Shown: piece by piece, positions 58,056 through 64,000 of the stretch
How positions within the stretch are numbered: the stretch's first letter is position 1
Layout of the letters: the number at the start of each line of letters is the position of its first letter
From: Candidatus Methanomethylophilaceae archaeon
GTDB lineage: Archaea > Thermoplasmatota > Thermoplasmata > Methanomassiliicoccales > Methanomethylophilaceae
DNA: 64,000 nucleotides
Direction: 5' to 3'
NCBI GenBank assembly: GCA_050950505.1
Contig: JBMNHS010000001.1
Location: 960,001 to 1,024,000 of the forward strand
Made by a program: the position numbers and the translations under genes
The notes under the pieces: model-generated
What the model saw: only the letters and a program-made list of their open reading frames with translations
Database searches by the model: none
What the model was told of the DNA's origin: nothing

Positions 58056-59264
58056 ATGAAATTGAATTGGAATTTCAAAATGTGGGGAGCCGTCGGCATC
58101 GTGATGTGCCTGCTTCTCGCGTCCGGCGTTTATATGTCGGGTATTGACCGAGAATCTCAATCGGTCTCTATCGTGGCAAGGGTAAACGACGAAGGTTCGG
58201 GCATTTTCATAAAAAGTGACCGACCGGATTTGACATTGGATGATGACGAAGGTTGGGACGGTTTGACCTTCATGACCCCCGGACCGTCATCCATACAACA
58301 TATGATTCTCAATGACATAGTCACGGATTTGGGAATGAAATTTATTCAGAGAGGCACCACCGCCGAAGGCAAAGTAGTCTATTGGACCCAAGTGGCGCCC
58401 GGACAGATGACCGATTACATGTTCAGATCGGACAGAGACGTGGACGGCGGAATCGCATGGGAACCCCACTATTCTGCCGCGGTGAATTATAAAGACAATA
58501 AAAACCCCGGTGACACGTGCAAAGAGGTAATCACGACCGACGTGTACTCACCCGGGCATCCCTGTTGTGTCATAGCAGTAAACAACGGTTATCTGGAAGC
58601 CAACGAAGACACGGTCAAGAGATTCCTTGCGGCTTACGTAAAATCGGTTCAGTGGATCAACAATGCTTTGGACGATCCCGATAGCGACGAGTTCGACAGA
58701 CTCGTGGATGAAACCGTAAGGATAGGAATGCCCAGTTCCGGAGGGGAAGATCAGTCTGCGATAGATAAAAAGAAAGAAACTGTGAAAGAAGCACTGTACA
58801 ATATACGATACACTTACGAGCTCGATAACGACGAAGCGAAGCTTTCCGAGCAACTGGAGGAAATCATAGAAGTGTACAAGAAGTTGAACATCGTTCAACA
58901 GAATACTTTGACCAATGCCGGATTTGCATCATCCAAAGCTTTCACCGAGCACCTCGTTCAAGGAACTTATCTTGATGGTGTGTTTGACGGCGACGACCTA
59001 AAAACTCCCGAAGATCTGGGATACACGGGCGGAAACCTGACGACGATAAACGTTGCATATCTTGCCGCCGATATCCACCAAATGGCACTCCATATAGGGG
59101 TGTCCGAAGGATTCTTTGAGGAATACGGGATACATGTGGATCTGAAAGGACCTTATGCCGCAGGCGGAGACGTCATGAACGCCCTGCTTTCCAAACATGC
59201 AAATCTGGGATTCGTGGGATCGCCTCCGGTGGTTTCATCATCCGTCAATGCGCTGAGGAGTTGA
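58056..59264 (+). CDS. ABC transporter substrate-binding protein, SsuA/NrtA/NMT1-like, apparently circularly permuted
   Basis: N-terminal TM; EGSGIF, PGPSSIQH, WEPH and HPCCV; the family's usual N-terminal block is at the C-terminus. Confidence 0.8.
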   Translation: MKLNWNFKMWGAVGIVMCLLLASGVYMSGIDRESQSVSIVARVNDEGSGIFIKSDRPDLTLDDDEGWDGLTFMTPGPSSIQHMILNDIVTDLGMKFIQRGTTAEGKVVYWTQVAPGQMTDYMFRSDRDVDGGIAWEPHYSAAVNYKDNKNPGDTCKEVITTDVYSPGHPCCVIAVNNGYLEANEDTVKRFLAAYVKSVQWINNALDDPDSDEFDRLVDETVRIGMPSSGGEDQSAIDKKKETVKEALYNIRYTYELDNDEAKLSEQLEEIIEVYKKLNIVQQNTLTNAGFASSKAFTEHLVQGTYLDGVFDGDDLKTPEDLGYTGGNLTTINVAYLAADIHQMALHIGVSEGFFEEYGIHVDLKGPYAAGGDVMNALLSKHANLGFVGSPPVVSSSVNALRS

Positions 59265-59268
59265 AAAT

Positions 59269-60087
59269 ATGGAATTGACTGTCGAATCATTCATGTACGA
59301 TGAAGAAAACAAAATTCACCGTTACCTGAGAGCCGCCATAATAATCGCGACGTCTCTGATAGTTTTTGTTCTGATCTGGTGGAATCTCTCACTGATATTG
59401 AACAATCCCGCGATTCCCACGCCGTCGGCGGCATGGGAAGCATTGACGTATCTGTTTGCCAACGGAGACCCCGTATCGGGCATCACCATGTGGGGACACA
59501 TGAGAATAAGTCTGCTGAGATTCTTTGCAGGATTGATATTGGCTCTGGCCGTGGCCGTGCCCTTCGGTCTGTTGCTGGGATACTCAAAGACTTTGGAACA
59601 GTTCTCGTCCCCCACGCTTGAAATTCTGAGGCCCATCGCGCCCATTGCCTGGGCCCCGATTTTCATCTTTACCGTGGGATACAGCTGGGGACCCATACTG
59701 GTGGTTTTCGTCGGCATATTTTTCCCTGTGCTTTCCAACACTATATTCGGTGTGAGGAAAATAGATCCCAATTGGTTGGACGCGTCCAAAACACTGGGTG
59801 CAACCAAACTTCAGACCTTCACGAAAGTGATGCTGCCCTCTGCCGTGCCTTATGTCATGAACGGAATGAGGGTGGGTATGGGAATCGGTTGGATGTGTAT
59901 CGTCGCCTCCGAGCTTTACGCTTCATTCGGAGGGGGTGTGGGATACTTCATAAGCATCCAGGCCCAGATGGGATACTGGCCCAACGTTTACGCAGGAATA
60001 ATCATAATCGCAATTCTGGGAATACTCACGACCAGTCTCGCCGATTATATACACAAAGTCATCACTAAAAGGATGGGGATGGAATGA
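59269..60087 (+). CDS. ABC transporter permease, SsuC/NrtB family
   Basis: SLLR, LRPIAPIAWAP, EAA-like DASKTLGA and WMCIVASE. Confidence 0.9.
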   Translation: MELTVESFMYDEENKIHRYLRAAIIIATSLIVFVLIWWNLSLILNNPAIPTPSAAWEALTYLFANGDPVSGITMWGHMRISLLRFFAGLILALAVAVPFGLLLGYSKTLEQFSSPTLEILRPIAPIAWAPIFIFTVGYSWGPILVVFVGIFFPVLSNTIFGVRKIDPNWLDASKTLGATKLQTFTKVMLPSAVPYVMNGMRVGMGIGWMCIVASELYASFGGGVGYFISIQAQMGYWPNVYAGIIIIAILGILTTSLADYIHKVITKRMGME

Positions 60088-60878
60088 GCGGCAACATCGA
60101 AATCAAGAACCTGAGAAAGGTTTTCAAAGCGGACAACAAAGAAACCGTCGCTTTGGAGGATTTTTCCCTGGACATAAAAAAGGGAGAATTGGTTTCCGTG
60201 GTCGGACCTTCCGGATGCGGAAAGACGACCATGCTCAGAGTGATCGCGGGTCTGTTGGAACCCACTTCCGGCGAAGTCATCATCGACGGCAGGAAGTGCG
60301 AAGGCCCCGGTCCCGACAGAGGCATGGTTTTCCAGGAATTCGCTCTGTTTCCCTGGCGTTCGGTGAGAAAGAACGTTGAGTTCGGTCTCGAAATCGCAGG
60401 GGTTCCCAAAGAAGAACGCAGAGAAAGGGCTTTGAGGTACATCAAAGCCGTGGGATTGGACGGTTTCGAAGACCACAGGGTTCACGAACTGTCCGGCGGT
60501 ATGAAACAGCGGGTCGCACTCGCCCGTGCGATGGTGACCAAACCCGCCGTTCTTCTGATGGACGAACCCTTCGGCGCTTTGGATGCCCAAACAAGGAACA
60601 TAATGCAGATGGAACTGCTGAGGATAGTCAAGAGAACGAGTACGACGATAGTATTCGTGACTCACTCGGTGGACGAAGCGGTGTTCCTGTCGGACAGAGT
60701 CGTGATTCTTACGAAACGTCCCGCCAAAATCAAGGAAATCGTTGATATCGATCTTCCCCGCCCGAGGGACAGAGCGTCTCCCGAATTCATCAAACTGAGA
60801 AGGCACATCCTCAAAGAACTTGAGGATGAGAATATCAAGATGAGTGTCGACGAAAGTTTCCTCAAGGATACGGATTGA
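60084..60878 (+). CDS. ABC transporter ATP-binding protein, SsuB/NrtD family
   Basis: GPSGCGKT, LSGGMKQR, LLMDEPFGALD and VTHSVDEA. Confidence 0.93.
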   Translation: MSGNIEIKNLRKVFKADNKETVALEDFSLDIKKGELVSVVGPSGCGKTTMLRVIAGLLEPTSGEVIIDGRKCEGPGPDRGMVFQEFALFPWRSVRKNVEFGLEIAGVPKEERRERALRYIKAVGLDGFEDHRVHELSGGMKQRVALARAMVTKPAVLLMDEPFGALDAQTRNIMQMELLRIVKRTSTTIVFVTHSVDEAVFLSDRVVILTKRPAKIKEIVDIDLPRPRDRASPEFIKLRRHILKELEDENIKMSVDESFLKDTD

Positions 60879-60910
60879 TTCCTGTCGGAACCGTTGAAAC
60901 ATTTTAATTG

Positions 60911-60969
60911 AAAAAAAGGGTCAGCCCCCCCCCGTAAGAGGAGGGCTGACCTCTTGAATTTGTTTTTTT
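60911..60969. terminator. Bidirectional-looking hairpin between the convergent ABC operon and ramA
   Basis: A-run, then GGTCAGCCC...GGGCTGACC, then T-run. Confidence 0.65.
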
Positions 60970-60973
60970 GCTT

Positions 60974-62593
60974 TCACGCAAGTTTGAGGGTGTCGAATTT
61001 CATGACCTTTTCAGGGCAGGCGTACTGACACCTGTAGCAGGCGGTGCCGAGACAGTTCTTGGTCATCACGGTGATGGTCTTGTCTTTGGAGACGGTGAGT
61101 GCGTTCTCCGGACATTCCCTCTCGCAGGCTTTGCAGCCCGTGCAGCCGTCCATTTTGCCGACCAGATCCGTTCCGAGATCGTGCAGTATATGCAATCCTC
61201 TTTCTCCCAAATCGGCGATGTCACGTTTGGATATCCTTATGATTTTGGGCACCCCCCTCGGACGGGGTATGGTCTGTCTTCCGGTCATTTCAAGATTTTC
61301 GTTGTACGTGAACATACTCATGCCCTCTTCGCAGTGGGCGAGTTCCTGAACGTAAATGTCTTCGAAGACAGGGTCTCCGGCGAACATCACGTGGTTTGCG
61401 CGTATGTCGTTGGCGACGGACTGAAGTTCATCCAGCATTTCGGGATTCATCAACAAATCTGTGGCCAAAGCCAACGAGGTGTTTCCGTACTGATAGATGG
61501 TATTGCAGGTGGGCGGAAGCATTCCTATTTCCCTGGCTTTTATGGCATCCACATAGGTACCGGAAGCTCCGGTCATGTACATGGTTTTCAAATCATCGAA
61601 TTTGATTCCAGCATGTTCTATGAGGGTGTAGTGACCCGCCCTCATGGCACCTACGGCCTTCATTGCTTCAACAATATCTTCGGTGGTAATGTATACTCCG
61701 TCCTGCAGGTGCATTTTGCCGTCCGGAGTATGCAATTTGCTTTTTCTGAACAGTCCCGTTTGCTTGGCGACGGCAATCGCGGCTATGACTCCGGTACCCG
61801 TGATTCCTTTGGCTTTGCCGTGCATGGGTCCGTATTCATCTGCGGTTCCGAGAATGAAATCGAATTTGTCCCCGTTCTGAGGCATCAGATTTTCATCCAA
61901 AACTTTGCAAATCCATTGGAAATCATATTCAAGATCGCTTATTGCACCGGGAGCCGCCAACATTCCGTGTTTTATGGACTGACCCTCCATAGCGGGACCT
62001 GCGGCCGCAGATCCGGTATATATTTCGTCGCCGACTTTGAGAGCCATTTCCGCATTGGTTCCGTAATCGGTAACGAGGCAGGTTTCTTTCTCTTCAAGGA
62101 AACCGCTTTTGTACATCATCGCCAAAGCATCGGCACCTATTTCGTGCCGGATTGCGGGAGGCACGTAAAGTTCGGTTCCGTCGGGAACTTCGATGCCGTA
62201 TTCCACGGGATCGAAAACGCCCGCGTCACGTTTCTGTTCAACAATTCCTTTCACTCTTCTGGCGTTTTCTCCCGCAAAGGCAAGATCGTCAATAGGTATG
62301 TTTTGCGCAATCGACAATTGTATCGGATTTCCGCACAAACTCATTCTGACAACGTCCTTGAGGTCTATTCCCAAGGTTTTGATCAATTTGTTCACCGTGT
62401 CGATTGCGACACCGTGGGCCACGTCAAGTCCGACTCTTATGCTGAAGGTCAGGTGGTCCATAATGTTGGCACCCGGCAGCGGATGACATTCCGTGATGGA
62501 GGTTGAAATTATTTTTTTGTTTTTTAAATCAACTGCGTGTGCACGGAACCCGCTAGTTCCTAGGTCCAATGATATTCCGTATTCCATAGACAT
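60974..62593 (-). CDS. ramA: Methyltransferase corrinoid protein reductive activase (RamA/RamM type)
   Basis: DLGTSGFR, HPLPGANIMDHL, DYGTNAEM, GSAAAGPAMEGQ and C-terminal 2x[4Fe-4S]; start near 62593 (ORF open to 62677). Confidence 0.88.
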   Translation of the reverse strand: MSMEYGISLDLGTSGFRAHAVDLKNKKIISTSITECHPLPGANIMDHLTFSIRVGLDVAHGVAIDTVNKLIKTLGIDLKDVVRMSLCGNPIQLSIAQNIPIDDLAFAGENARRVKGIVEQKRDAGVFDPVEYGIEVPDGTELYVPPAIRHEIGADALAMMYKSGFLEEKETCLVTDYGTNAEMALKVGDEIYTGSAAAGPAMEGQSIKHGMLAAPGAISDLEYDFQWICKVLDENLMPQNGDKFDFILGTADEYGPMHGKAKGITGTGVIAAIAVAKQTGLFRKSKLHTPDGKMHLQDGVYITTEDIVEAMKAVGAMRAGHYTLIEHAGIKFDDLKTMYMTGASGTYVDAIKAREIGMLPPTCNTIYQYGNTSLALATDLLMNPEMLDELQSVANDIRANHVMFAGDPVFEDIYVQELAHCEEGMSMFTYNENLEMTGRQTIPRPRGVPKIIRISKRDIADLGERGLHILHDLGTDLVGKMDGCTGCKACERECPENALTVSKDKTITVMTKNCLGTACYRCQYACPEKVMKFDTLKLA

Positions 62594-63037
62594 ATCCCCG
62601 GTAACGCAATATTGACTCTGAAGGTTGATAATAGGTTCTATGAAAAACATCTTCGGTTCCCGTAATGGTAATTTCACGGAGGCTGAGATTTATTTTGATG
62701 AATTACGTCAAACGTAGAAAATGCCTTGAGAACTACTTTTATATACAAAGATAATACCAAATTGTAATTTTTAAAATTACAGACCTGTTAATTTCTATTA
62801 AAATAAATTTTAGAAAAAATAGTTTTGAAACGGCGCAATTCAGTTTTTAATTATTACTGGCTATGTATTCAAACACACCCCTCGTTGTTGGAATACGAAG
62901 GATCGATATTAATTTTTGAAGTTCAATTTTGACACGAACTTCTGTATCTTCACGGAGATATCATCCATCCATTATAGCCATTTTAATACCTGCAAATCGA
63001 TGAAAATACGGGTAAAAACCCAAAGGAGAAACTGAAC

Positions 63038-63823
63038 ATGTTAGACAGCAAAGGAGTAGACTTCGGCATGATTCTCAGACGGTACGACGTCGAACTCGAG
63101 GTTGAGGCCACCCCTGAGGAAATGGCAAAGAGCCTGCTTCCCAAAGACCCTATTTTCAAAAAGGTCGCGGAAGAGGTTCTGTACATGAAGTTGAAAACGG
63201 TTATTCCTACTGTAACGGAGGCACTGAAGGAGAAAGACCCTTTGAAGGTTATCAACGAAGGTCTCGTAGTGGGAATGGAAATTGTGTCAAAACTGTACTC
63301 GGAACATGTGTATTACCTGCCTGAAATAATGATGGCGGCAAAAACCATGGAAATGGGGATAGCTTTGGCAGAGAAACAGCTGGAAGGCGGAAAGATGAAG
63401 ATGAAGGCCGATGTGATCATGCACACCGCCGAAGGTGACGTGCACGACATCGGAAAGAACATTGCGGTCATCATGACCCGCGCCGCAGGTTATGAAGTCA
63501 TCGACATGGGTAAGGACGTACCCGTCGACGATGTTGTGGCCAAGACGGTAGAAGTCAAACCGCTCTTCGTATCGGGTACCGCATTGATGACAACCACAAT
63601 GTCTGCATTCCCGAGGATTGCCGCGAAATACGTGGAGAAGGGACTCAAGACCCCCTTCATGGGTTGCGGCGGTGCTGTGAACAGGGAGTATTCCAACTCT
63701 TACGACCTGGGAATATATTCGGATAAAGCGTCTCAGACCCCGCTCATCGCGGAAAAGCTGCTCTCCGGATATGACTGGAAGAAGGTCAGGGAAGAGTGGG
63801 ACAGCATTGTGAGAGGTGAGTGA
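63038..63823 (+). CDS. mtaC: Methanol corrinoid protein
   Basis: EGDVHDIGKNI B12-binding motif, GTALMTTTM and GGAVN; directly upstream of mtaB. Confidence 0.9.
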   Translation: MLDSKGVDFGMILRRYDVELEVEATPEEMAKSLLPKDPIFKKVAEEVLYMKLKTVIPTVTEALKEKDPLKVINEGLVVGMEIVSKLYSEHVYYLPEIMMAAKTMEMGIALAEKQLEGGKMKMKADVIMHTAEGDVHDIGKNIAVIMTRAAGYEVIDMGKDVPVDDVVAKTVEVKPLFVSGTALMTTTMSAFPRIAAKYVEKGLKTPFMGCGGAVNREYSNSYDLGIYSDKASQTPLIAEKLLSGYDWKKVREEWDSIVRGE

Positions 63824-63824
63824 A

Positions 63825-64000
63825 ATGTCGGTAAAAAGATACACGAAAATGGCTTATGACAACGCCGATGATTTGATATTCGGACGCGCTAAGCACCCCA
63901 TATCCTACGGATACGGAATAAAATTGGGTGCGGGCAAAGTCATAACCGAAATCAACTATGCGCCCCGTCCGGGAACGGAAAAAGATCCCGCAACCCTAAG
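63825..64000 (+). CDS. mtaB: Methanol:corrinoid methyltransferase, N-terminus (3' truncated; not in ORF track)
   Basis: MSVKRYTKMAYDNADDLIFGRAKHPISYGYGIKLGAGKVITEINYAPRPG resembles the MtaB N-terminus; GAGGTGA RBS. Confidence 0.88.
   Translation, partial: MSVKRYTKMAYDNADDLIFGRAKHPISYGYGIKLGAGKVITEINYAPRPGTEKDPATL

Noticed and set aside
60968-62506. Long antisense ORFs (also 3565-4620, 18202-19014, 32502-33671, 48085-48900, 51087-51947, 60045-60902)
   Set aside because: Each lies opposite a well-supported gene and has no motifs; these are expected shadows of codon bias
1-64000. Transposases, integrases, cas genes, rRNA and selenocysteine read-through
   Set aside because: No supporting motifs seen, and no in-frame TGA with homology continuing past it was noticed

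Overview
Archaeal chromosomal DNA, most consistent with a methyl-reducing methanogen of the Methanomassiliicoccales. The evidence is TBP, ABCE1, a long archaeal FKBP, mtaC plus the start of mtaB, a RamA-type corrinoid activase, and LRR/InlB-repeat adhesins. About 55 CDS and three tRNAs (Thr-TGT, Arg-CCT, Cys-GCA) are supported. Housekeeping blocks: argB-argD, feoA-feoA-feoB, cysK-metA, trkAH, two MATE genes, metG, tbp, ppa, pyrDK, a SufS-like gene, an ABC importer, ramA and mtaCB. An accessory stretch at about 6.9-29 kb holds surface proteins, a nitrogenase-like pair with a NifH-component-1 fusion, and a candidate RiPP-like cluster (Cys-rich peptide, radical SAM/SPASM enzyme, and a divergent DUF5685-like protein with two Asp-rich motifs). 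Other notable signals: an in-frame amber codon in a QueG-like Fe-S gene while no other called gene ends in TAG (pyrrolysine candidate); an apparently circularly permuted ABC substrate-binding protein; a two-repeat CRISPR-like mini-array; paired TTAGG-N4-CCTAA boxes at the feo promoter; a tRNA-Cys with C73; and mosaic paralogous surface genes, one of them frameshifted. All family calls come from reading motifs by eye; no database searches were run.
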